This document shows positions 39,389 through 51,900 of a DNA stretch of 64,000 nt, one piece after another (positions within the stretch are counted from its first letter, which is position 1; each line of letters begins with the position of its first letter). The notes under the pieces are model-generated. The model was not told the DNA's origin. It did no database searches and saw only the letters and a program-made list of their open reading frames with translations. A program made the position numbers and the translations under genes. The DNA comes from Salpingoeca rosetta (taxonomy: Eukaryota > Protista > Choanoflagellata): positions 2,564,973 through 2,628,972 of the forward strand of contig JAWQFM010000001.1 of the NCBI GenBank assembly GCA_033442325.1. Direction: 5' to 3'.

Positions 39389-40675
39389 TGGTGTCCACGT
39401 GGGGGAATGGCTGGTCCTGGCCTCGGTTGAATGAGTGCTGGCTGGTTTGACGTTCTTAAACTGCGGTTCAACTGCCGCCTCTGCTGTGACTGCCACTGTC
39501 GCTCGGGCGACGCCAACGCAGGATGTGCAACCCGGCTCGCCGGCCGCCATGGCGCAGCTGCAGTCCAACACGGACTACGTCGTCTGCGCCGACCACCCGC
39601 TCGAGGACCGCGAAGACTTGTACGTGTGTGTCTGTGTCTGTATTTCTCTGTCTCTCTGTATCCGTGCATATGCGTGTGTGTGTGTGTGCCTGTGTGTGTG
39701 TGCCTGTGTTGTGTGTCTGTGCGCCTGTGTGTGTCTGTGTAATGACGAGGACGCATATGTGTGGGTCTGCTGCGTACGTTTGTGTGGATTGGAACCAGTC
39801 ACTACGCCTAACATCATGGTCACGTGCACCTACTTATTGTTTGCTCAGCTTCCACCTGATTCAAAGCCATGACCGCAAGCCGCTGCGCCTCTATGTCTAC
39901 AACTCGGACACAGACAGCTGCCGGGAGGTGGTCATCACACCAAACTCCCAATGGGGCGGCGAGGGCATGTGCGTTCAGATTCCTTGCTCGCTCCTTCGCT
40001 TGCTCGCTTGCTCGCTTGCTCACTCCTTTGCTTGTTCCGCTGCGGCTCATGTGTTCTTGGGGGAGGTGCATGCATTCTTGTGTGCATGCACGCTCAGTTG
40101 CGGATCGAGTGCTCTGTGACCGTGTGTTGCGTGTTTATCGCACTGGTGTGACCGCTCGGTGCGAGAGCATGTTCATTTACGCACACACATGTGCACGACT
40201 GACATACTGTGGCTGTTGCTGTAATTGCTCATAGGCTGGGCTGTGGCATTGGCTACGGCTACCTGCATCGCATTCCCGCCAAGCACGCACGCTCCACAGA
40301 GAACGTAGGCTTTCGCGTGCGCGTATATGTCCGTGCGTGCACGTGCGTGCGTGTGTGTATGTGTGAGCGAGAGGAGGGAGAGGGAGCGAGAGAGTACGTG
40401 TGTCTGTGTGCGTGTGTGTGTGCGCGCTCAGCAAACATACTGTCATTACCCACCACGAATAACCTCCACCATTCCCCAATGTTTAGACGGGAACAACACG
40501 CGCTGTGGCCGTGCCAGCCGTTCCAATGTCATTCAACAACGGTCAGTATATGTTTGACAAACTCGAGCGCTCTGCTTTGTGTCTGCATGCATCTTTTCTC
40601 TCTCTTGCACTTCGTTCTCCGCTTTCCGTCCACCCCCATCAAAGGTCGTGTCGCTCCCATACACGTGTGCAGCTC

Positions 40676-40736
<61 letters not shown>

Positions 40737-41199
40737 CTCTCTCTCTCTTGCTCTCTCATGCACGCACGCATTTTCGTTTGACAAACTTCGTTGGTGTTTG
40801 CAGATGCATTTACGTCCATCTCTCTGGCCACGGTTGCACCAACGACATACAACCAGATGCAGCAGCAGTCCCATCAGCAATTCCATCAGCAATTCCAGCA
40901 ACCACAGCACCACCAGCAACCACAGCAGCAACACCAACCACAGCAGCAACAAGGAAACGGTGCGGTGACCGTTGAAATGTCCGGGTCATCTGTCATGCCA
41001 CCCTCGCTCATGACAGCAGCCCCGCCATCGGTCACAGATACACGCGCCACCACAACCAGTCAGGCTGCACCACCGACCTTCACCACCGCCACGACGACCC
41101 CATATGCAGCGCCTGTGCCTGTCTCACCCACCACCACAACCACCACTGGCAGCAGCACAACCAGCGCCACAACAGCAATATCAGTTCCAATACCCACCC

Positions 41200-41258
<59 letters not shown>

Positions 41259-41778
41259 CGCGGTGTCCACCACATCAGGTATGACCATGCATCCTCACCC
41301 CACCATGCAGCAGCCACAACGGCAGGTGCAACAGCCACAGCAGCAAGCACAGCAGCACAGCGCACCGCCAATGCGTCAGTTCCAAGTGCCGGACGTGCGG
41401 TCCGGTGGCGTCTTCTCCGCTCCTGCGCACACGCGTGCACAAGCAACAGGGACAGCGGCGCCAACACTGTCGCCGTCGCTCGGCAACATGCCGCAGCTCG
41501 TGCCGGCAAAGCCTGCCCAAGTGGCGTGGTCTGGCAACGGAGGCACAAACGGCAGCAGCGCACCCGCGCCCACACTGCACCACCAGCTACAGGGCATGTC
41601 GCTTCACGCCGCCGCGCCAACAGCAGCAACAACAACAGCGCCGTCCGCAACTTCGTCTGGACACAGCGGCCGTGGTGTCTCCACCACATTCCGCTCGCTC
41701 GCTGACGATGGTCAGATGCAGCCTGCAAACATCACGCACTACACGTCTTCACAGCCGGCACCGCAGCCAAATGCTTGA
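38370..41778 (+). CDS. GORASP2: Golgi reassembly-stacking protein GRASP55/65 (two PDZ-like domains, Gln/Pro tail)
   Basis: [64 protein letters not shown] and [14 protein letters not shown]. The tail reading frame is ambiguous (stop at 41705 or 41778). Confidence 0.9.
39285..39387. repeat. (TCTG)n intronic repeat
   Basis: Direct reading of the sequence. Confidence 0.9.
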
Positions 41779-41885
41779 CGCGCGCGCGTGGCAAACATGT
41801 TCACCATGTTGTGTTGTTTCCCTTTGATCGCTTGCCTGCCCATGTAGCTTGTCAGCAGTGATGTGGAAGTGCTTGTTTGTGTATG

Positions 41886-41933
<48 letters not shown>

Positions 41934-42306
41934 TGTGTTTGTTTGTGCGAGGTTTGGGGCTGTTTCCGTCATGAGAGTGTTGTTGAATGCGTTACATCAC
42001 TTTTGCTTCATTGCGGTGCGTTTTCTGTTGTGTCTATGTCCGTTTAGCAGCAACGAGAGATGCAACCAATCCATAGCCACACACACGGGTGGAAGTGCAC
42101 GCGCACAATTGCAGACACGGCAAGGAAACAGTTGGGGTCGTGACATGCGAGCGACCAAACGCTAACAGCAACAACAGCACACACGTTGTTGTTGTGCCGG
42201 TGGCGAGAACAAGCGAGAAGCAAGCAGCCTGGCGGGAGAGGGGAGATGAGAAGAAAGCAACGCAGTCACGAAAGCACATGGTCAAGGTATCACGTTGGTT
42301 GGATGC

Positions 42307-42744
42307 TTATTTGGTCGAGTTCTCAGTCGCCATTCGCTTCAAATCGGCCACGTCTGTCTCCAGTGCTGCAACACGGCCATCCAGCCTGCACGCACACGTG
42401 CGAGGTATAGTTTGTTTGTGGGGTTGTGTTTAGTGTTGGGTGACGTGTACAAGGAGGACAAGGAGGGAAGGTGGGGGCCAAGACCAAACACAAGCAGGCC
42501 GCATCGGCAACCGCACAGCGTTAGACAGGACAGCACAGCACGCACAACACAAGCAAGCATCAACTCACGTTTTCAACGTGGATTGCAGCGAGGTGAAGCC
42601 AGTTTCCATCCTGTCTCCACCCACACACGACAAACAACAAGCGGCACCGAGAATCAGAGCAGGTCAAGGGTACGTGTGTATGCTTGTTGGCGGGGAGGAG
42701 AAGGTGGAGTGATTAACATTACAACAACCTACAAGGCGTGCAGG

Positions 42745-42781
<37 letters not shown>

Positions 42782-43115
42782 TACATGCACACACACACAC
42801 ACACACACAAATACATGCACATACGCACCCAGTTTGCAGCTTGAGCAGGAGATCTGTGAGCGCGGCCACGGACGCATCTGATGCCGTGTGGTCGTGGGCA
42901 GACGCCGACGTGGTGGTCGTGGTGTTCGTGGTGTTGGAGTTTGAAGTGGTGGTGGCATCTGGTGCTGGCTTTGCTGCCTCCTTTGCTGGAGGGCAGTGGG
43001 CGGACACCTGGTAGGAACGCGGAAGCAAGCACGTGAGGAACAATCGTAAGTGATGCAACAAGTAGATGTGAGTTGCTGAGTGGGATATCAAACATCACTG
43101 GGAAGCGCAGTTACG

Positions 43116-43160
<45 letters not shown>

Positions 43161-46100
43161 TATACATATACACACACATACACGCGCGCGCGTGCAGACG
43201 TACGGCGTTGACGATGGCGTCTGCATCGGCTGCAAAGTGGTCGTTGTCGAAGTGAAGATCACAGCACTCGCGACCCGCCATGAGCGTGTGCAGCCACCCA
43301 TCGGGCTCGTACCCCTCCTCCACCCGCACAAACACCACATCGCGGCGGAGGTGCTGCGCGTACTCGCTCTCGGATCGGCACGACGCGCTCTCCTTGAACT
43401 CGGCGCACACGCACATGACAACGACGGCGGCGCTTTCCACCGCGCGCGCCATTGCATTGAGTGTGTCACCGGAGGAGTCAGCAATGCCGAGGTGGCACAG
43501 AAATCCGCTCGTTTGCAAGTACTCAGCAAGGCGCGCAAGCCGTGGCCGCCTGTGGCAGTGCACATTTGTAGGTTTGCGTGGTGAGTCGTGCATGGGTGCG
43601 TGTTGCATGGGTGCAGGAGATGCGCGAGAGAGGAAGCAACGCGCACACATGTAAACGCACACACATAAACAGAGGGGTACAACACATGCGTGCGACGCGA
43701 TGTAGGACGGACCATTCTGCCGGACAGCAAATGAGCACGTGTCGGTCTTCTGTCTTCGTTTCGGCCTTGTCAGCACCCTGACTCGGGCCGGCCTGAACAC
43801 GTAGGTAGGGAAGGACGGTTTGCGCACAGATGCATGTGCGCGCGTGTGTGATAGAACAAGGGGACGGAATGTTGGGCCGAGAGAGAGTGTGTGTGTATGT
43901 GTGAGGGAATGAACAAGGAGTGATTGCGTGCGTGCGTGAGTTTTGAGGTGCCCTGTTGATGGTGAAGGATGTGAGCGACATGATGTGCTTGCACTCACAA
44001 GGCGTTGGTGGTGTTGGAACAGGGCGTGCTCCGCCAGCGTACGCGCCTAGATGCAAAAGCACGCAAATGTTGAGGAAGGTACAGAAACCGAAAGCAGGGA
44101 TGAGAGAAACGCGTTGGGGGAAGCGGGAAGATGCTAATAAGGGACATTTGGTGCACAAGAAATGCACACAAGTCAGTCACACTTCAAACACACGCACACA
44201 CACACGCACACACACACGCACACACACACACACACACGCACACACACACACGCACACACACACACAGAGTGGACGCACCTCCTTTGACGGCGAACGGGAG
44301 CGAATGTCCTCCAACAAGGCAACGAGATCCATGTCAAAGTCTGCTTCAAGGTTAAAGGCAAAGCTCATGTTGAGCAGCAGTTTTGCCGTGCATTCATCGA
44401 CGAGCGCGCCCTTGGCACCAACCTGCCACCAGTGGCATATGATCGTGCACATGCGCACGCGTCCGAAACACGCAAATGTGAGCCTTTCATCGTGAATCCA
44501 CAGCCCAGCACACACACACACACACACAAGAGCATGTAATTATCCACACGAACACACGTTCACGCACTCACACCCACATATGCACCTCAGCACGCACCCT
44601 GTATCCCTTGCAGGTGACATCGACGCATCCCGTGTCCTTGAGCAGTTGCTTGTTTGAGTCTGAGATTGAGAGTTTCGCCAAGCTCGGCAGGAGCAGCTCC
44701 TCCGTGTACACCGCGCCGTGGAACTGCTGCCCAGCGCGCGCATGCTGACCGTGGTGGTGGTGGTGGTGGTGGTGGTGACAGCGGTGGTAGTAACAGCGGT
44801 GGTGGTGGTGAGAAAACGCCGGTGATGTTGGCGGTAGTGTTGGTGGTGGTGGTGGTGGGGAAGGAGGGCTGGTGAGTGGTTGGATATATCAGTCAGTATG
44901 CTGGTGTGGGCCGTGTGCGTGGGTGTGCAGGAAGCAAAACGGCAGGACTGTGTGCGCAGCGCGGACACAATCATCTCTGTAACTTTGTTGTTACCTCGAG
45001 GCATTCTATCAAGATGCCAAACAAGCTTGTGTCGCCTTGCAGCAACGGATGGTTCTCAATGGTTCCAATCAGGTTGGCAAGCCCAAGCATGGCGTTGATT
45101 GGCTGGCGCTCGGGGTTCTGCGGGATCAAGACGCATGTTGGCGAAGGAAGAGGCGGTTGAATGTGAGGTGATGCAATGGTGTTTGCAAGACATGCACTCT
45201 GCATCGTAGAGGAACCACAATGATGGCACACGCATTCAAATCGTGCCACAACGCAAACACACACACACCGCGCTCACGCACCTTTGAGACCATGAGGTCG
45301 TGAAGAATCTCTGGAAGACCAAAATCGCAGAGGAACTGCACGTGTTTGCGGTCGGCGTGTGCACTGATGCAGCACAGCATGCCAACAAGCTTTCCTTTTA
45401 GCGAGTCGCCGTAGATGCGCTTACTGCTCAAAACACGACCAATAGCAGGCCAACAATGTGGATGTGAGAAACCATTACGATCATGCCACATGCAGCATGC
45501 GTGCGTCCTGTCTCACACGAACACACACACACACACACAACACACACAAACACACAAACACACACACACAACACACACACACACATACGACGCACTCAAA
45601 GTCGACGGAGTTGTAGATGGCGAGGATGCGGGGGAAGAAGTTGTTCTCGATAACGTAGTTTGCGGACGCGGGGCAGGCCGTGATGTTCCACGCAGCGTAC
45701 CCAGCCTGCACCACACAAAGCACGCCAAAGGCAACACGTACACACACAAGCGAGGCAAGAAGAAATGCATGCACATGTGGGTAAATATGTTATTCAAATG
45801 TGTGCACATATGTGCGTGCGAGTGTGTGCGCATGTATGTGTGCGTGTGTGTGTGTGCGTGGAAAGGGAGGCCTGGCAAGACAAGCGTGAGGGCGTAGCAG
45901 GTGAAGTGAGGTCACCAACGCCACTGGCACTCGATAGGAACAGAGTCCCGACGCACCGAGAGCTTCACGTCGTCCACGTCCTGTTCGAGGATGTCGAGGA
46001 GAACGCCAATGACGCCCTTTTCTGCCATCCGCTCCCGCCGCACACGCGCATCAGAACTGCTGTCACCGGCACCAATGTTCCGGATCAGCCCTGCGTGGCA

Positions 46101-47440
46101 TTTATGTGCGTGCGTGGGTGCGTGTGTGTATGTGTGTGAATACATGTGTGTATACGTGTGTGCATGTGTGTGTGTGTGTGAAAAACAACGCAAAGCAGGC
46201 ATATCAGTCATACGCACCACAAAACGAGCCGCACACGACACAGTCATTTGAACTGCACGCCCGACAACTCCGCCCCCTCCCCAAACAAATTGCCGCACCA
46301 CATGCGCGCTGGCGGATTTCTGTGGAGTGGTGCTCGAGTCCGCTCAGGATTGCGTCCATGCCGTGTTCAATGAAGTGATCCTTGCACGCGTGCACGGCGA
46401 TGGTGAGGTTGCGGGCAGTGTCGTACGCGTCCATCACAAGCGGCAGGTGGTCGCACGTCGACATGATCTCAATCAGCATGTCCGCAGCGCCTGCAGTTTG
46501 GTTGGTGGATGAGTTGTGGTGGTGGTGGTGGTGGTGGTGGTGGTGGTGGTGGTGGTGGTGTTCGGTGGTGGGGAGATGGTCGAGATAGCAGAAGGGCAGG
46601 CGTAAGCGTGTGAGCGTGTGAGCGTGTGAGCGTGCGAGCGTGTGATGCTGCGATTGTGGGGTTGAGATTGTGATAGTGGAGAGGGTGGATGTGAGTGACA
46701 GGATGAAACATGGCAGCATTGAGGACTCACCACCCTCGAAGAGGTACGGTGCCGGCTCTGCATGGCAGCATGTGGACGAAGCGATGTCAGTGTGAGGGGT
46801 CACACGTGCAGTGCGTTCGAGCCACAGGTACGCTTCGGCAAGACTTGTCACACTTACACACATGCGATTAAGTGCGTGCATTCTCGACACACAAATCCAC
46901 ACACGTGTTCATATGCAGTCACACGCAATCACATGAACGCACCTCCCATTGACATGCTTGTGAACGCTCTCATGAGAATTGCCTGCGCTTGTCTATCTGT
47001 GGAGTGCAGAAGGTAATCGAAGACCTGATAACGTGTGCATGTGTATGCGTGTGTGTGTGTGTTGTGCGTCAGTGTATGTGCGTGCGTGCGTGAGTGCATG
47101 GGCTCGAGGGGCGCAGTGCTGAAAGGTGCATAGAAGATTGATCGTGGTGGTGGTCGCGTGCTCGTGGTGATGGCACGAGAGCCACTGGCAACGCACCCCA
47201 GCAAGGTGCGGCGATCGAAGGACAGAGGAGTACCACTGGCAGCGCATCAGCTCGCCAATCACGCGGGCATACGTCCGCTGTCACAACACCATGTGTACAT
47301 GCACTCATGTGAGAAGGAAGGTGTTCTGGCACACACACAGCAAGCACAACGGATACAAGGAGGCGACGTTGCAGCTGCGAACAGGGCACATCCACACACA
47401 TGCGCATGCACACCAATAGATACACACAAACACACACACA

Positions 47441-47472
<32 letters not shown>

Positions 47473-47668
47473 CAACAAGGTCATACTCGCAAGTGCACAG
47501 ACCTGCTCGTCATCCTCCCTGCGCAAGAGCTTCACCGCCACTTCCAGCACTGGACAATGAAGCAAGAGAGGTCACGACAGCCGTGATGAGTGATTGGTGT
47601 TGCTACACATCACCACCGAGACGAATGCACACACACACACACACATACGCACACGTAAACACACAAAC

Positions 47669-47728
<60 letters not shown>

Positions 47729-48170
47729 CACACGTACATACGCACGCACGCACACACACACACACACTCTCTCTCTCCTTCATAAACAAGCAAGACCTTT
47801 GTCATTGTAGGGAGCCAGTGCGTGGCTCTTCATGGCTTCGAGTGTGCGGGAGAAAAGCAGGTGTGTCTCAGGGGTCCTGTGAAAGAAAGGTCAAGCAAGG
47901 GATGCTGTTGAGTGGCATACGAATGTAATGCAGTGGCGTTTGTGTTTGCTATGGGCAGGGCAAGGATGATCTTTCTCGTTGCGTGAGGACGTGTTCGTAC
48001 CAGCCTTCACCGATGTCCACGGTGGCCACGATGTCATCCAGTTCCTGCCCACAGCAATACACACGATCAGCAGCGCAGGTCAAATGGTGGGCGCAAGAAA
48101 AGACAGTCAAGTGGCGCTCAGTGAATGTGTGTGTGCGTGTGCGTGTGTGTGCGTGTGCGTGTGTGTGTGT

Positions 48171-48262
<92 letters not shown>

Positions 48263-48391
48263 CCTTCAAGGTTTCTGCTGCTACAAAATTGTGTGCGCAT
48301 CATAGACTAAGTGCGCACCGGCTGGTGCGCTTGTGCCTTTTTCTTTCGTCTCTCGCGTGCCAAGACGACAACACCGCCAAGATGGTGCGTC

Positions 48392-48427
<36 letters not shown>

Positions 48428-48527
48428 NNNNNNNNNNNNNNNNNNNNNNNNNNNNNNNNNNNNNNNNNNNNNNNNNNNNNNNNNNNNNNNNNNNNNNNNN
48501 NNNNNNNNNNNNNNNNNNNNNNNNNNN

Positions 48528-48586
<59 letters not shown>

Positions 48587-49456
48587 CTCACACACAGGCT
48601 CACACACACACATACAGGCTCACACAGAAACAATGTACACCACACAACGCAGCTACAGGCAACAACGTCGTACGTTGTTAATGGCTGTTACGTAGTCCCT
48701 GTTGATGCGTGCCAGGTGGAGCAATGCCCGGACAGCATTTCCCTGTTGGATCGCGCGCAATGAATGGTGTCAGTGGGGTGATGAGTGAGTACAACGAGGG
48801 GAGCGCGCACCCACCCACAATCGCGTGTGTGCATGTATGAGTGTGTCGCGTACGTGTGCTTTCTGTCCCTCTTTGGCTCTCTGTGCCGTGCGTGCAACAG
48901 CGTCGATCGCGACAAAAGGAAACGTCAGCCCACAAACACGCGCACACACGCACGCAAGTAACCTGAACAACATGTTGATAGCACACCTGTTGCTCTTCGT
49001 CTGCCAGGTAATGCACGATCTTGGGGATCACGCCTACGATCGCCGCAAGGGCGAGCCCATGAGTGAGTGAGTGTGTGTGTGTGTGTGTGTGAGTGAGTGT
49101 GTGAGTGAGTGTGTGAGTGAGTGTGTGTGTGTGTGTGAGTGAGTGAGTGAGTGTGTGTGTGAGTGTGTGAGTGTGTGAGTGTGTGTGTGAGTGAGTGAGT
49201 GTGTGTGTGTGTGAGTGTGTGTGTGTGTGTGAGTGAGTGAGTGTGTGGAACAAGGGATGTATCGATCCAGTGTGAGGTGAGAAGTGGTGAGGAACGCAGG
49301 TGTCTAAACCACACACACACACAACACACACACACACAACGCACCGAGCGCCAATGCTTCTCTTGTGTTGTCGTGGCGGACACGCTGTGGAAGCGCATGC
49401 CAGGCATCATCGCTCGGCAGCTCATTCAACACATCCTCCACACGCGCAAGCTCCAT
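42307..49456 (-). CDS. Armadillo-repeat protein with C-terminal TIR (TIR_2-type) domain and short coiled-coil tail
   Basis: ATG at 49456 ([10 protein letters not shown]). ARM-like exons include [40 protein letters not shown] and AAWNIT. TIR: HVLICC...[38 protein letters not shown]...YEPDGWL. Last exon [18 protein letters not shown]. Confidence 0.8.
48428..48527. other. Assembly gap (100 N)
   Basis: Run of N between (GT)n and (CA)n. Confidence 1.
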
Positions 49457-49700
49457 CCCGTGTTGTGGCTATCGTGGTTGTCAGCGCACACTCAAGTCCT
49501 TCCTCCCCTTCTTCGCTTCTTGCTTCTTGCTTGTTGTTGCTGCGTAGGTGAGCGGAAAAAAAAAAAGCAGCAGTGTGTGACGACAAAGAGGAGGACAGGA
49601 ACAGTGACACACCTCCACCTCGCAGATCACAACCTTGACTAGGATACAGTTTGCCTCTTCCCATGAGCACGCTTACCGCGTCACTCGTCCGCTGTGTGGG

Positions 49701-50482
49701 ATGTTGCTGCGTGTGCTGCGGCCTGTGACGTACCTTGGGTCGTCCCTGTTTGCCCTCGCCATCCTGGTCAAGAACGACCAAGCGCGCAAAGCGTCCAAAC
49801 CATTCCAGTACGCGTGCGTGTGTGTGCGTGTATGTGTGTGTGTGCATGTGTGTGTGTGTGTGTGTGTGCATGTGTGTGTATACATGTGTGTGTGTGCATG
49901 TGTGTGTATACGTGTGTGTGTGTGTGTGTATACGTGTGTGTGTGTGTGTGTTTGCCAAAGTGTCAGACATGCAACAATTGCTGTGCACTCATAATGCTCC
50001 TTCATGGCGCTCGCGCACTCTCTTGCCTACCCCCTCCCCCAATCTTTGCCTTGGCAGACTGTCGCAGGTGGTCGTACCCCCGAAAGATGTGGCGCATGTG
50101 CGGGAAGCAGCAGCCCGGCTGGTTGGTCGTTGATTCCACCAGTGTCTGACATATTTAGTAGGCCACAGCCTTGCTGCGTGCTGACCGCTTGCAGCCTCTC
50201 ACACACCCCACACTCTCTGTGCATGTGCACTTCACAGGGCATTCCACACACCCAGAACATCTTTGTCGTCTGCAGCCGCTCCCTCTCTGGTATGCGATGT
50301 GATGTGCGTGTGTATGCCTGCCTGCCTTCTTCATTTCCAGCTCACTGTCTCAGGGACACTTGCGCCACGCTTGCACTGCATCTGGCCCGAACGTAGAGCA
50401 AGCATACTCTCTCACCCACACCCACCCACCCACACCCACACCGACACACCCACCCCGACACGCACACACACACCCACACACA

Positions 50483-50553
<71 letters not shown>

Positions 50554-50788
50554 CACAACAACAACACAACACAACACAACACAACACACATAGGAGATGG
50601 CTGCGGACGTGGGGGCGGCGCGTGTGGGCCGGGATGTGTGCGAGGGCGGGCTTGAGTCGCTGCAGGCGCATGAGGACGCTGTAATTGCGGTGACAGGGAA
50701 CCCGCCGCTGTGGCCGTCGCCGACACACCCGCCGCTCAGGTGGCGACAGGCTGCGCTGCGCCGCATATTGAAGGAGTACGACGCATAA
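49701..50788 (+). CDS. Small multi-exon protein with a peptidase-M48/TMEM177-like C-terminus
   Basis: Exon 1 is [22 protein letters not shown].. (presequence plus hydrophobic stretch). The last exon is [33 protein letters not shown]. No HExxH found, and internal exon phases are unresolved. Confidence 0.45.
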
Positions 50789-50841
50789 CGTTGCTCTGTG
50801 TGTGCGTGTGTGTCTGTCTGTGTGTGTGTGTGTGTGTCTGT

Positions 50842-50873
<32 letters not shown>

Positions 50874-51547
50874 CTGTGCGTTCAAATATGTGCTCGTCTC
50901 TTCGCTCCTCCCTCCTCCTCTCCCTTGTCCCTCCTCCACTGCATTGATTGACCTGGCGTTCGTGTATTATGCCAGCTCTTGTTACCCACCCGCCTATGCT
51001 GTCTCGACTGAGTCGCCGTCGTGTGGTGCATCCCCTCCTGCCCCTTCATCGACTTGCATTTCAGTTTTTATTCTTTCAAACCCGAGTGTTCAAGCGAGAA
51101 AATCTGAAGACAAACACCACAATCACGCTAACAACCAGGCAAGCGCACGGTCCTGTGGCGGCGGCGGTGGCAAACACACGCACACGCACACTTGCACAGG
51201 GAACACATGCACAGCGAATACATGCACACGCACACGCACACAGAGGCAGCGAACAAACATCTGAACTTAGGAGAACAAAAGAGCGACGACCAAGCAGGGG
51301 CTCGTTGTGTGGAGCAAGACGGAGTGCAGGGGAGCACTGCCAGCGATGTACGTGTGCCAACACTCACGCCCATCACCGCACGCGCACACATGTGCATAAT
51401 GCAGCCATACCACGCATTCCCGCACCGCATATCACAACGCACACAAGCAAAGGCCGAGCCCAGACAGCACGCATTACCACCACAACCGAAAACAGTCGCA
51501 CGAACGAACAAAATGAGAAGCAAACTCGCAGCACCTGTCTCGCCTAA

Positions 51548-51851
51548 CTAGACGACAGCCACCTGTGCCTTTGGCTTGGATGGCCCTTCCTCAGCCACAG
51601 GCTGTGTGTCCTTGGGGAAGACCGGGTTGCCTGCGCCCTTGGCCACCTCTGCGTACTCCACATCCTCCGTCTCCATGTACTTGATCATTGTCCGCAGCTG
51701 GTCCCCTGCGCGCGAGATGGTCGCGTTGACAAGCTTTGGCGGAATCATGCCCCGTGGGTCCGTGTGCTGAATCTGCACCCACGTACGTGTGTGTCGGAGG
51801 AGGGGGGGGGGGGGATTGAGTGACCCGTCCAATACACGCACACGCACACAC

Positions 51852-51900
<49 letters not shown>

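Noticed and set aside
48360-48600. GT-to-CA switch across the N gap as an inversion or mis-join
   Set aside because: Minus-strand ARM-TIR exons continue on both sides, and GT...CA polarity is normal for introns here.
50948-51551. Plus-strand ORFs between the M48-like and FYVE-START stops
   Set aside because: CA/GT-rich convergent 3' UTR sequence with no domain signal.
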